A stretch of DNA of 44,299 nt from an uncultured Planctomycetia bacterium (GTDB taxonomy: Bacteria > Omnitrophota > Gorgyraeia > JABMRN01 > RBG-13-46-9), in NCBI GenBank assembly GCA_964649665.1, contig CAZYPU010000003.1:1-44299 (forward strand). The letters are read 5' to 3'. The translations under genes and the position numbers were made by a program. Positions 25,544 through 35,097 of the stretch are shown piece by piece. The notes beneath the pieces were generated by a model. It was not told where the DNA came from and made no database searches. It saw nothing but the letters and a program-made list of their open reading frames with translations. How positions within the stretch are numbered: the first letter of the stretch is position 1; every line of letters starts with the position of its first letter.

Positions 25544-28369
25544 ATGGGTTACAAGGATACACTAAACCTGCCAAAAACAGCTTTCAGCATGAAGGCCAAC
25601 CTTGTGCAGAAAGAACCTGCTTTGATTGAGGCGTGGAAGAAAGAGGACGTTTACGGCTCTATAAGGAAGAAAGCCGCGGGAGAAAAAAAGCGTATCCTGC
25701 ACGACGGACCGCCTTATGCCAACGGCCATATCCACATGGGCCACGTGCTGAACAAGGTCCTGAAGGATATCGTTGTAAAATCTTATACCATGAAAGGATT
25801 TGATTCTCCCTTCATACCGGGGTGGGACTGTCACGGCCTCCCCGTAGAGCATCAGCTTTTTAAGGAACTCGGGATTTCGAAACACGATATAGACCAGATC
25901 GAATTCAGGAAAAAAGCACGGGAGTACGCGCTGAAGTTTGTCGGGATACAGAAAGAGGAGTTTAAACGGCTCGGCGTTTTCGGCGACTGGGAAAACGCGT
26001 ATTTAACGCTGGATCCCAAATACGAGGCCTCGACTGTGCGGGCTTTCGGGCAGCTTGTAAAAGAGGGCTATATTTACAAGGATTTAAAACCGGTAAACTG
26101 GTGCACGTCGTGCGAGACCGCCCTCGCAGAAGCCGAAGTTGAATACGAGGAACACATATCCCCGTCGGTTTACGTTAAATTCCGAGTTAGTGCGGGGACA
26201 GGTCTTTCATCAGGCGGGCATAGTGTCGGGGCAAGACCTGTCCCCGCAAGAAGTACTTATTTTATCATCTGGACAACGACGCCGTGGACGCTTTTAGGAA
26301 ATGTCGCGATAGCGGTTCATCCCGACATGGAATATGTAATTTTACGCCTTGGCGAAGAAGAATGGATAATGCTTGATGGACTTGCAGGCAACGCGCTGCA
26401 GAAATTTAAAAAGCCCTACAAGGCAATAAAAAAGCTGAAGGGTAAAGAACTCGAAGGCATAATATGCGCTCATCCCTTTATTGAGAGAGATTCAAAAGTC
26501 GTTCTCGCCGGCTATGTTTCCGCCGAAGAAGGGACCGGCTGCGTCCACACCGCGCCCGGACATGGCCAGGAAGATCATGCAACCGGCAAGAAATACGGAC
26601 TCCCGGTAATCATGCCCGTGAATTCAAAAGGTATTTTTGACGATACATGCGGAGAATTCGGCGGTTTAAACGTGCACAAGGCGAATTCTAAAATACTGGA
26701 ACGCCTGAAAAAGGATAACGCACTCGTCCTGGCCGAAAATATCGCCCATTCCTATCCGCACTGCTGGCGCTGCAAAAAACCCATTATCTCCAGAGCGACA
26801 GAGCAGTACTTTCTTGGCATAGACCATAAAAATTTGCGAAAAAGAATGCTCGATTCAATCAAGGAAGAAGTTAAGTGGTACCCCGCCCCCGGTCAGGGGC
26901 GAATATCCGCAATGGTCGCAGAGAGGCCCGACTGGTGCCTTTCGCGGCAAAGATACTGGGGCGTGCCGATCGTGGCCTTTAGGTGCGGGAAGTGCGGCGA
27001 GGCCGTATTGGATCACAGGATAATAGGTCATGTCGCGGACATTGTTGAAAAAGAGGGTTGTGAGGCGTGGTTTATCAAAGACGAAAAGGATCTTCTTCCG
27101 AAAGGCGCACTTTGCAAAAAATGCGGGGCAAAAGACCTTCATAAGGAAAAAGATATCATCGACGTGTGGTTTGAGTCGGGCGCGAGCTACGAGCAGGTCC
27201 TGAAGAAAATGAAGGAACTCGACTTTCCCTGCGAGCTCTACCTGGAAGGTTCCGACCAGCACAGGGGGTGGTTTCAATCCTCGCTCATTATCTCCCGCGC
27301 CATAGAAGACAAAGCGCCGTACCGAAATGTCCTCACCCACGGTTTTGTTGTTGACGGGAAAGGAAAAAAAATGTCCAAGTCGCTCGGCAACGTTATTTCG
27401 CCGGAAGACGTTATGCGAAAATACGGCGCAGATATTTTAAGGCTCTGGGTCGCCTCAAGTAATTACCACGATGACGTGAGGCTTTCCGAAGAGATCCTGC
27501 AAAGGCTCGCCGACGCGTACAGGAAGATAAGAAATACTTTCAGATATCTCCTGGGCAACGTTCACGATTTTAAACCCGAAACCGATTCACCCGAGCCGAA
27601 AAACATGCTGGAAATCGACCGCTGGATGCTTTCCCGCCTTGCCGGCGTTATTGAGGAAGCGGAGAAATACTATTCCGGTTATACGTTCTACAGGGTATTT
27701 CGCTCGGTATACAATTTCTGCGTGTATGAGATCTCAAGCCTTTATCTCGATATCTCCAAGGATAGGCTCTATACGTTCGGACAAAATTCACCCGAGCGGC
27801 GCTCCTGCCAGGCCGTATTACACGAAATCCTGAGGGCGCTTCTAAAGATACTGGCGCCGATAATTCCTTTTACCGCGGAGGAGGCCTACCGGGAGCTTTT
27901 CCCGGCCGGGGGGTCCGTGCATCTCCAGCGATGGCACTGGCGGGATAAAGATTTAAAGAAATGGAAGGACAGGGCGCTGGACGAAAAATGGGCGCATCTC
28001 CTGGAAGTGCGGGAAGAGGTTCTGAAGGCGCTGGAATCCAAAAGAATCGCCGGCGTGATACGAAGCCCTCTCGAGGCAAAAATAGTTTTATACAGCAATA
28101 AACCCGATTTTAAAAAGTTCCTGAAAGCAAACATGCATAGCCTGCCCTCACTTTTCATAACTTCTCAGGCCGAGATTTCGGACCGGAAAGAAAAAGATTC
28201 GCGAAAAGCGGAAAACCTGCCTCTTTGGATATCCGTAAAAAAGGCAGAGGGTAAAAAGTGCGCAAGGTGCTGGAGCTTTGGCGAAACCGTCGGAAGTTGC
28301 GAAGAATTTCAGGATATCTGCTCAAGGTGTATAGGCGTGGTCAAATCAACAAAGGAGAATGGAAAATGA
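25544..28369 (+). CDS. ileS: Isoleucine-tRNA ligase (type 1)
   Basis: HDGPPYANG..HMGH, GWDCHGLP, WTTTPWT, LSRQRYWG and KMSKS motifs; C-terminal CARC...CSRC zinc finger. Confidence 0.98.
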   Translation: MGYKDTLNLPKTAFSMKANLVQKEPALIEAWKKEDVYGSIRKKAAGEKKRILHDGPPYANGHIHMGHVLNKVLKDIVVKSYTMKGFDSPFIPGWDCHGLPVEHQLFKELGISKHDIDQIEFRKKAREYALKFVGIQKEEFKRLGVFGDWENAYLTLDPKYEASTVRAFGQLVKEGYIYKDLKPVNWCTSCETALAEAEVEYEEHISPSVYVKFRVSAGTGLSSGGHSVGARPVPARSTYFIIWTTTPWTLLGNVAIAVHPDMEYVILRLGEEEWIMLDGLAGNALQKFKKPYKAIKKLKGKELEGIICAHPFIERDSKVVLAGYVSAEEGTGCVHTAPGHGQEDHATGKKYGLPVIMPVNSKGIFDDTCGEFGGLNVHKANSKILERLKKDNALVLAENIAHSYPHCWRCKKPIISRATEQYFLGIDHKNLRKRMLDSIKEEVKWYPAPGQGRISAMVAERPDWCLSRQRYWGVPIVAFRCGKCGEAVLDHRIIGHVADIVEKEGCEAWFIKDEKDLLPKGALCKKCGAKDLHKEKDIIDVWFESGASYEQVLKKMKELDFPCELYLEGSDQHRGWFQSSLIISRAIEDKAPYRNVLTHGFVVDGKGKKMSKSLGNVISPEDVMRKYGADILRLWVASSNYHDDVRLSEEILQRLADAYRKIRNTFRYLLGNVHDFKPETDSPEPKNMLEIDRWMLSRLAGVIEEAEKYYSGYTFYRVFRSVYNFCVYEISSLYLDISKDRLYTFGQNSPERRSCQAVLHEILRALLKILAPIIPFTAEEAYRELFPAGGSVHLQRWHWRDKDLKKWKDRALDEKWAHLLEVREEVLKALESKRIAGVIRSPLEAKIVLYSNKPDFKKFLKANMHSLPSLFITSQAEISDRKEKDSRKAENLPLWISVKKAEGKKCARCWSFGETVGSCEEFQDICSRCIGVVKSTKENGK
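26191..26248. repeat. Palindromic element in frame within ileS
   Basis: Perfect 16-bp arms TGCGGGGACAGGTCTT (26191-26206) and AAGACCTGTCCCCGCA (26233-26248). Confidence 0.75.
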
Positions 28370-28770
28370 AAAAGCGAAGCAAGATGGGCAAGAAAGAGCT
28401 GAAAAGCTTTAAGGATCTTTTAATAAAGAAGAAGATCAATCTCTTACGGGAGATGAACCATCTGACTAGCGGGACGCTTAAAAAATCGCAGCGCGAAACA
28501 TCGGGTGATCTTTCGGGCTACTCCTACCACATGGCGGATATGGCGAGCGACGTTTACGAAAGGGATTTCCTCCTGCAGCTTGCCGAAGGGGAGCGCGAGT
28601 TTCTTTTTAAGATCGACGATGCCTTGAAAAGGATAGAGGAGGGGGAATACGGCTGGTGTCTCGGGTGCAAAAAGAAAATATCAAAAATCCGCCTTAAGGC
28701 CATATCGCATACCGCCTACTGCCGTCTTTGCCAGGAAAAAAAGGAGAAAGAGCAAAGCAGGGGCAAATGA
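28366..28770 (+). CDS. TraR/DksA C4 zinc-finger protein
   Basis: HMADMASD coiled-coil tip; YGWCLGC...YCRLCQ; start MKKRSK at an ATGA overlap. Confidence 0.9.
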   Translation: MKKRSKMGKKELKSFKDLLIKKKINLLREMNHLTSGTLKKSQRETSGDLSGYSYHMADMASDVYERDFLLQLAEGEREFLFKIDDALKRIEEGEYGWCLGCKKKISKIRLKAISHTAYCRLCQEKKEKEQSRGK

Positions 28771-29207
28771 ATAAAATGATCTGGGTTGTCGCGACCGTTG
28801 TTTTCATCCTGGACCAGTTTTCAAAATTTTTAGCCATACGCCGTTTGAATCTCAATGAATCCCTGGCTGTAATAAAGGATACTTTTCATCTCACCCTTGT
28901 CCGCAACACGGGAGCGGCTTTCGGCATTTTCAAAGGAGCGACGTTTTTTTTCATCGTTATTGCGATTTTAACGGTGACGGCAATCGTTGTATATATAAGA
29001 AAAACGGCAAAGCCGCTTTTCTTAAGGGACGCCGCCCTTGGACTGATTCTGGGCGGCGCTCTCGGCAATCTTGCCGACAGGTTGCGGTTCGGATACGTAA
29101 TCGATTTTTTGGATTTCAGGATATGGCCGGTGTTTAATGTCGCCGATTCGGTCGTAACAATCGGCGCTATCATGCTTGTAATATGCATCCCATACTCTTC
29201 GAAATAG
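28767..29207 (+). CDS. lspA: Lipoprotein signal peptidase II
   Basis: LDQFSK, NTGAAFG, GALGNLADR, VIDF and FNVAD motifs. Confidence 0.96.
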   Translation: MNKMIWVVATVVFILDQFSKFLAIRRLNLNESLAVIKDTFHLTLVRNTGAAFGIFKGATFFFIVIAILTVTAIVVYIRKTAKPLFLRDAALGLILGGALGNLADRLRFGYVIDFLDFRIWPVFNVADSVVTIGAIMLVICIPYSSK

Positions 29208-29932
29208 GCCCTGTCACGATACGCTCCTATGGTGTTTTTGCCGCCGCGGGGTTTTTCACGGCGTTCTCTCTTTTATACAGCGAGGCAAAAAGAAAAAATT
29301 TTTATCCGCAGAAAATTCTTGACCTGGAACTTATAATTCTCGTGTTCGGCCTACTCGGCGCGCGAGCGCTCCACGTCCTGGTTAATCTTGATTTTTATGC
29401 GAAAAATATACCCGATATATTTTTAATCTGGAGGGGAGGCCTCGCCTTTACCGGCGGATTTATTCTGGCGATCCCGGCCTGCCTGGTTTTCACCGCAAAG
29501 AACAGGCTGCCGTTCTGGAAAATCGCGGATTTCGTAGCTCCATATATGGTTCTCGGGCACGCGATAGGAAGAATCGGCTGCTTTTTGAACGGGTGCTGTT
29601 TCGGGAAACCGGCGGCATGGCCTTTTTTGGGAGTTCTTTTTCCGGGCGATGCGCTTTACCGGTACCCGACGCAGATTTACGCCTCTTTCGCGCTTTTATG
29701 TATCTTCGTCGTCTTGAAACTGGCCGGGGAGCGGCCGCATGCCGCCGGCGCGGTATTCGCGCTTTATCTTGCGCTCTACAGCGGCCAGCGTTTTTTTCTC
29801 GATTTTTTGCGCGGCGATAATCCGACTTACGCCTTCGACCTGACCGTCTCGCAGTTTATAAGTGCCGCCATCTTCGCAGTCGCGGTGTTACTGTTATTTT
29901 TCAGAAGGAAATATGGAAGAGATACAGGTTAA
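29183..29932 (+). CDS. lgt: Prolipoprotein diacylglyceryl transferase
   Basis: MHPILF, RSYG, GARALH, GGLAFTGG, GRIGCFLNGCCFG and YPTQIY motifs. Confidence 0.95.
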   Translation: MHPILFEIGPVTIRSYGVFAAAGFFTAFSLLYSEAKRKNFYPQKILDLELIILVFGLLGARALHVLVNLDFYAKNIPDIFLIWRGGLAFTGGFILAIPACLVFTAKNRLPFWKIADFVAPYMVLGHAIGRIGCFLNGCCFGKPAAWPFLGVLFPGDALYRYPTQIYASFALLCIFVVLKLAGERPHAAGAVFALYLALYSGQRFFLDFLRGDNPTYAFDLTVSQFISAAIFAVAVLLLFFRRKYGRDTG

Positions 29933-30824
29933 AGCAGAGGCGAAGGACGCGGGTGAGAGGCTCGATAAATTTCTTGTAGGGGCTCTCGCGAAGAAGTTTT
30001 CGCGAACGTTTATAAAGAAGCTGATTGACGGCGCCCATGTGACGGTAAACCGGTCGAGGACAAACGCTCACCAGAGAGTTTCCGAGGGGGATCTGATCAT
30101 GGTAACGATTCCCGAGCCGAAAGTCATGGAGCTTTTGCCGGAAAATATTCCGCTCGAGGTCGCATATGAAGACAGCGACCTCATGGTTGTCAACAAACCG
30201 CCCGGGGTGTCGGTCCATCCCTCCGGAGCGCACCTCAAGGGGACGCTCGTAAACCACCTCCTTTTCCATTGCGTGGGCCTTTCGGGCATCGGCGGTGTTC
30301 TAAGGCCCGGCATTGTCCACCGGCTGGACAAGGAAACGTCCGGGCTTTTGGTGGTGGCGAAAAACGACCGCGTACACATTAACCTCTCAAACCAGTTTAA
30401 AAATCGAAAGACAAAACGGTATTATATCGCGCTCGCAAGGGGGTGCGTGCAGCTTGATAACGGCAGGATCGAGCTCGCGATTGCCAGGAAAAAAAAAGAC
30501 GTGACAAAAATGGGCGTTTCGTTTGCCGGCGAAAACAGGAAGAACGCGATTACCAATTACAAAGTCCTTGAGAGGCTAAAGGGTTTCACGGTGCTTTCAC
30601 TTTCTCTCGAGACGGGAAGGACGCACCAGATCCGGGTGCATCTGGCGTACCTGGGCCACCCCGTTATCGGGGATAAGCTGTACGGGTCAGCGAAAGGGTT
30701 GAACCGCCAGGCGCTCCACGCAAAGACGCTCGGCTTTTTTCACCCGGCGACGAAGAAGTTTATGGAATTCGACAGCGAAATTCCCCGCGACATGGCAGAC
30801 TTGATTGCGAAGGGCGAACTGTGA
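29913..30824 (+). CDS. rluD: RluA/RluD family pseudouridine synthase
   Basis: S4 domain (RLDKF); VHRLDKETSG, ETGRTHQIRVH and GDKLYG motifs; start MEEIQ. Confidence 0.93.
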   Translation: MEEIQVKAEAKDAGERLDKFLVGALAKKFSRTFIKKLIDGAHVTVNRSRTNAHQRVSEGDLIMVTIPEPKVMELLPENIPLEVAYEDSDLMVVNKPPGVSVHPSGAHLKGTLVNHLLFHCVGLSGIGGVLRPGIVHRLDKETSGLLVVAKNDRVHINLSNQFKNRKTKRYYIALARGCVQLDNGRIELAIARKKKDVTKMGVSFAGENRKNAITNYKVLERLKGFTVLSLSLETGRTHQIRVHLAYLGHPVIGDKLYGSAKGLNRQALHAKTLGFFHPATKKFMEFDSEIPRDMADLIAKGEL

Positions 30825-30931
30825 TAGAATAACCCCGTGCCGGAGTTTACTCCAAGCGGCAGCGAAGGACATGGGGTATGCGCGGTACAACAAAGGATAC
30901 CACATACGGAAGCGTGTGAAGGGCGTAAAAC

Positions 30932-32215
30932 ATGAACAGGACAATTGAACCAATAGAGTGCCTGCGCGGAGAGATCGCGCTTCCGGGCGACAAGTCCATA
31001 TCGCACAGGGTTGTTTTTGTCGGGAGTATTTCCGCGGGCAAGACCTCCGGCAAGAATTTTCTTGAGGCCGAAGACTCCATGCGAAGCGTTTCAGCATTCC
31101 GCGATATGGGCATCGATATCGAGGTTAAAAGCAAAAATGTTACCGTTATCTCAAGTGGCCCAAATGCCCTTAAAAAGCCGGCCGGGGATTTATATCTCGG
31201 CAATTCCGGGACAACAATGCGAATTCTTCCGGGCATCCTGGCGGGCCAGGATTTTGAAGCAACTCTTACCGGCGATGAGTCGCTTTCAAAAAGGCCGATG
31301 GACAGGGTTATAGAGCCGTTAGAAAAAATGGGCGTGGATATAAAATCGAAAAACAGAAACGGCTTCCCGCCGCTTGCAGTAAAGGGCGGCAAGGTAAGCC
31401 CTATACGATACGCCACAAAGGTTGCAAGCGCCCAGGTAAAATCATGTATTTTATTTGCCGGTCTCTACGCAAAAGGCATTACAGCCGTGACAGAGCCGTT
31501 TGCTTCGAGGGACCATACCGAGCGCATGCTGAAATTCTGCGGCGCAAAAATTTCCAAAAAAGGCCTCACGGTTTCCGTTGAAGGCGGCCGCCGGCTATGC
31601 GGAAAAGAATTTTTCATACCCGGCGACATCTCAAGCGCGGCGTTCTTTATCGCGGGCGCCTGCATATTGGAAGGGTCGAACCTGACGATAAGGGATGTAG
31701 GGCTAAATCCCACGAGGCTCGGATTTTTAAACGCCCTTCTAAAAATGGGCGCCGATATTAAAATTGACAAAAAAACTGAAGCGGCCGAACCCTATGGCGA
31801 TATCCGCGTAAGATACGCGCCACTCAAAGCAACCGTTATAGAAGAGCGGGATTTGCCTCTTCTCATTGATGAGGTTCCGATATTGTCCGTTGTCGCCTCG
31901 CAGGCAAGCGGTAAAACCGTCATAAAAGGCGTAGCCGAGCTTAAAGTCAAGGAAACGGACAGGGTCTCCTCGATACTGACCAACCTGGGCCGGATGGGCG
32001 CCGATATAAAATCCGAAAAGAATAACATTGTTGTTAACGGCCCAAAACGCAGATTGCGCAAGGCGCGCCTGGAGAGTTGCGGGGACCACAGGACGGCCAT
32101 GAGCGCGACAATAGCGGCCCTTGCTTCCGCCGGCGATTGCGTTATAGAAAATGCTGACTGCGTAAATATTTCTTTTCCGGAATTTTTTGAATTACTCAGC
32201 TGTTTAAAAAAATGA
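30932..32215 (+). CDS. aroA: EPSP synthase
   Basis: PGDKSISHR, LGNSGTTMR, SAQVKS, RDHTERM, PGDISSAAF, KETDR and DHR motifs. Confidence 0.97.
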   Translation: MNRTIEPIECLRGEIALPGDKSISHRVVFVGSISAGKTSGKNFLEAEDSMRSVSAFRDMGIDIEVKSKNVTVISSGPNALKKPAGDLYLGNSGTTMRILPGILAGQDFEATLTGDESLSKRPMDRVIEPLEKMGVDIKSKNRNGFPPLAVKGGKVSPIRYATKVASAQVKSCILFAGLYAKGITAVTEPFASRDHTERMLKFCGAKISKKGLTVSVEGGRRLCGKEFFIPGDISSAAFFIAGACILEGSNLTIRDVGLNPTRLGFLNALLKMGADIKIDKKTEAAEPYGDIRVRYAPLKATVIEERDLPLLIDEVPILSVVASQASGKTVIKGVAELKVKETDRVSSILTNLGRMGADIKSEKNNIVVNGPKRRLRKARLESCGDHRTAMSATIAALASAGDCVIENADCVNISFPEFFELLSCLKK

Positions 32216-33888
32216 AAATAAATTTAGCACCCTTTATCATAAAAGCCATGGCGCCGGCGGCAATGGCGTTTGAGCGCGCCACCAGGGATCCGCTGAAGGC
32301 CCAGCGAAAGATCCTTTTTGAATTTTTGGCCCGCAATAAAAATACGGAGTACGGCCTGAAACATAATTTCGCCGGCGTAAAATCAATAGGGGATTACCAG
32401 CGGTTTGTGCCATTGACGGACTGCGAGCTCATGCGTCCGTATGTGGCCAGGATGACAAAGGGGGAGTCAGACGTCCTTACGCTCGAGAAACCGATCCTTT
32501 TCAGCCTCACAAGCGGATCAAGCGGGCAGCCCAAATTTGTGCCGATTACAAAGTACGCGCGGGCAAAAAAGGCGGAGGTTATAAATCTATGGGCGTACTA
32601 CATATTGAAGGACCACCCGAAAATAACCGCCGGAAAAATACTGGCAATCGTGAGCCCCGAAGTCGACGGGTTTACCCCCTCCGGCATACCCTATGGCGCA
32701 GAAAGCGGGCATGGCTATAAAAATCTGCCCGATGCGGTTAAGCGCCTTTACGCGCTTCCGTACGAAGTTTTTGAAATCAAGGATTACGACGCGAGGTATT
32801 ACGCCATATTACGTATAGCGATGGAGCGGAACATTGCCACCATAGCTACCATGACGCCGAGCACGATAATTCTGCTTTGCCAGCGAATAAAAAAGGTAAA
32901 AGACGATGTTATGAGCGACATAGAAAAGGGCACCCTAAAGAAGGGCCTGGACATCTCTCCCGGGATTAGAAGGGTGATAGAGGGAAATCTCAAGCCAAAT
33001 CCGAAAAGGGCAAGTCAGCTGCGGCGCATTCTCGCGGAAAAGAAGGAGCTTCTGCCTAAATATTTCTGGCCCCGCCTGGAACTGATAGAATGCTGGAAGC
33101 GCGGGACGGTGGGGTTGTATCTGAGGGAATTCCCGAAATACTTCGGCGGCGTGCCCGTAAGGGACTTCGGGTATTTTTCGAGCGAGGCGCGCTGCTCTAT
33201 ACCGATAAGCGACGAAGGGGCGGGCGGGGTGCTTGCCGTTAATTCCAACTTTTATGAGTTTATCCCGAGGGAAGATGTCGTCAAAAAAGAAAAAAGAGTG
33301 CTTTTATGCGACCGGCTGGAAAAAGGGAAGGAGTACTTTATAGTGCTGACCACCCCGGGCGGCTTATATAGGTATGATATAGACGACGTGATTCGCGTTG
33401 CGGGTTTTTTTAATAAAACACCCGTAATTGAATTCGTCCAGAAGGGCACAAACGTTACTTCCATAACAGGCGAGAAGCTCTACGAATCGGAGGTGGTCGA
33501 GGCGGTGGAACGGGCGCAGGATCGGCACAAGCTGTCCATCGAGTTCGTTACGGCCTCGATAGAACTGAGAAAGATGCCGCGATACATATTCCTGGTGGAG
33601 TTCAGCGAAAATCCGCCCGCGCGCAAGAAGAAGGATTTTTTGAAGTCGGTCGAAGAAGAACTTTGCAGCATAAGCGAAGAATATGACTTTAACAGAAAAG
33701 CTCAGGAACTCCGGCCCCCGGCGCTGAAGGTCGTTGCCAGCGGCGAGTTCGAACGCTTCCGCGTCAAAAAGGTAAAAGAAGGCGCGCACGACGGCCAGTT
33801 TAAAATGCCGCAGCTGACGAGCGATATAAATTTTCAGAAAAATTTCAAAATTGAAGAAGAAATTTTTATTGATAAAGTAAAAAAATAG
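32212..33888 (+). CDS. GH3-family acyl-acid amido synthetase-like protein
   Basis: GH3 motifs TSGSSGQPK, YFSSE and LYRYDIDD; C-terminal GQFKMPQL; ATGA-coupled to aroA. Confidence 0.88.
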   Translation: MKINLAPFIIKAMAPAAMAFERATRDPLKAQRKILFEFLARNKNTEYGLKHNFAGVKSIGDYQRFVPLTDCELMRPYVARMTKGESDVLTLEKPILFSLTSGSSGQPKFVPITKYARAKKAEVINLWAYYILKDHPKITAGKILAIVSPEVDGFTPSGIPYGAESGHGYKNLPDAVKRLYALPYEVFEIKDYDARYYAILRIAMERNIATIATMTPSTIILLCQRIKKVKDDVMSDIEKGTLKKGLDISPGIRRVIEGNLKPNPKRASQLRRILAEKKELLPKYFWPRLELIECWKRGTVGLYLREFPKYFGGVPVRDFGYFSSEARCSIPISDEGAGGVLAVNSNFYEFIPREDVVKKEKRVLLCDRLEKGKEYFIVLTTPGGLYRYDIDDVIRVAGFFNKTPVIEFVQKGTNVTSITGEKLYESEVVEAVERAQDRHKLSIEFVTASIELRKMPRYIFLVEFSENPPARKKKDFLKSVEEELCSISEEYDFNRKAQELRPPALKVVASGEFERFRVKKVKEGAHDGQFKMPQLTSDINFQKNFKIEEEIFIDKVKK

Positions 33889-33917
33889 TTTGACCCTCCG
33901 TTTCGCGGAGGATCAAA
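33889..33917. terminator. Hairpin after the GH3 gene (no plus-strand U-tract)
   Basis: TTTGA-c-CCTCCG/CGGAGG-a-TCAAA. Confidence 0.45.
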
Positions 33918-33951
33918 TATAATTTTAAATCGGATAAAACGAAAATTATGT

Positions 33952-33980
33952 TTGACAAATACCGGCCGGTTTGTTAGTAT
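33952..33980 (+). promoter_or_regulatory. Promoter of the mre operon
   Basis: TTGACA-17 nt-TAGTAT with TGn extended -10. Confidence 0.55.
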
Positions 33981-34005
33981 TATATCCTGATAGCACGGAG
34001 TAAAG

Positions 34006-35079
34006 ATGAATTTTAATGCACTTGCCGAACTTATCTCAAAGGGCTTCAACAATCTGTTGGGCCTCTTTTCGAATGATATGGGTATCGACCTCGGTACAGC
34101 CACCACGCTTGTCTACATAAAAAATCAGGGCATTGTCCTTTGCGAGCCGTCCGTCGTAGCGATTCAGGCCGGCACCTCGAACGTTCTCGCTGTCGGGGAA
34201 GAGGCGAAAAGGATGCTCGGAAGAACACCGGGCAATATCGTTGCGATACGGCCGATGCGAAACGGCGTAATAGCTGATTTCGAGATTACCGAAGCGATGC
34301 TCAGGTATTTTATAAAAAAAGTTCACAATTCCCGCCGTTTAGTAAGGCCGAGAATGGTTATAGCTATTCCTTCCGGCATTACGGAGGTGGAAAAAAGGGC
34401 GGTTAAGGATTCGGCGCTTCATGCGGGCGCGCGTGAGGTTTACATGATAGAGGAGCCGGTAGCCGCGGCCATAGGCGTGGGCCTGCCGATTCAGGAGCCC
34501 TCGGGCAGCATGATCATCGACATAGGCGGCGGAACGACCGAGATGGCGGTTATATCATTGGCAGGAATAGTTTTTGCAAAGTCAATAAGGGTTGCGGGCG
34601 ATGAAATGGACGAAGCGATCATCAATTATTTAAAAAAGACCTACAACCTCATGATAGGGGAGCGTACCGCGGAAGAGATTAAGGTAAAAATCGGTTCGGC
34701 CTACCCGCTGGACGAAGAATTAACTATGGAAGTAAGGGGAAGGGATCTCGTGGCCGGCCTTCCGAAAATGATTACCGTTTCAAGCGAGGAAGTGAGGGAG
34801 GCGCTCGCAGAGCCCATAGCCCAGATTGTCGAGTCCATCAGAATAACACTTGAGAGAACCCCTCCGGAACTTTCGGCGGATTTGATGGAAAAAGGCCTTA
34901 TTATGGCCGGCGGCGGATCTCTCTTGCGCGGCCTGGACAAGCTAATCTCAGAGGAAACGGGCCTGCCGGTTCACATCTCCGAAGATCCCTTAACAGCCGT
35001 TGCGCTTGGCACCGGCAAGGTGCTTAGCGAAATGCGATACCTTAAAAGACTTGCCGTAAGTCCAAAAGTAGAAAGATAA
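34006..35079 (+). CDS. mreB: Rod shape-determining actin MreB
   Basis: [39 protein letters not shown] and AGGGSLL motifs. Confidence 0.98.
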   Translation: MNFNALAELISKGFNNLLGLFSNDMGIDLGTATTLVYIKNQGIVLCEPSVVAIQAGTSNVLAVGEEAKRMLGRTPGNIVAIRPMRNGVIADFEITEAMLRYFIKKVHNSRRLVRPRMVIAIPSGITEVEKRAVKDSALHAGAREVYMIEEPVAAAIGVGLPIQEPSGSMIIDIGGGTTEMAVISLAGIVFAKSIRVAGDEMDEAIINYLKKTYNLMIGERTAEEIKVKIGSAYPLDEELTMEVRGRDLVAGLPKMITVSSEEVREALAEPIAQIVESIRITLERTPPELSADLMEKGLIMAGGGSLLRGLDKLISEETGLPVHISEDPLTAVALGTGKVLSEMRYLKRLAVSPKVER

Positions 35080-35097
35080 AAACCTACGTGGGCGAAG

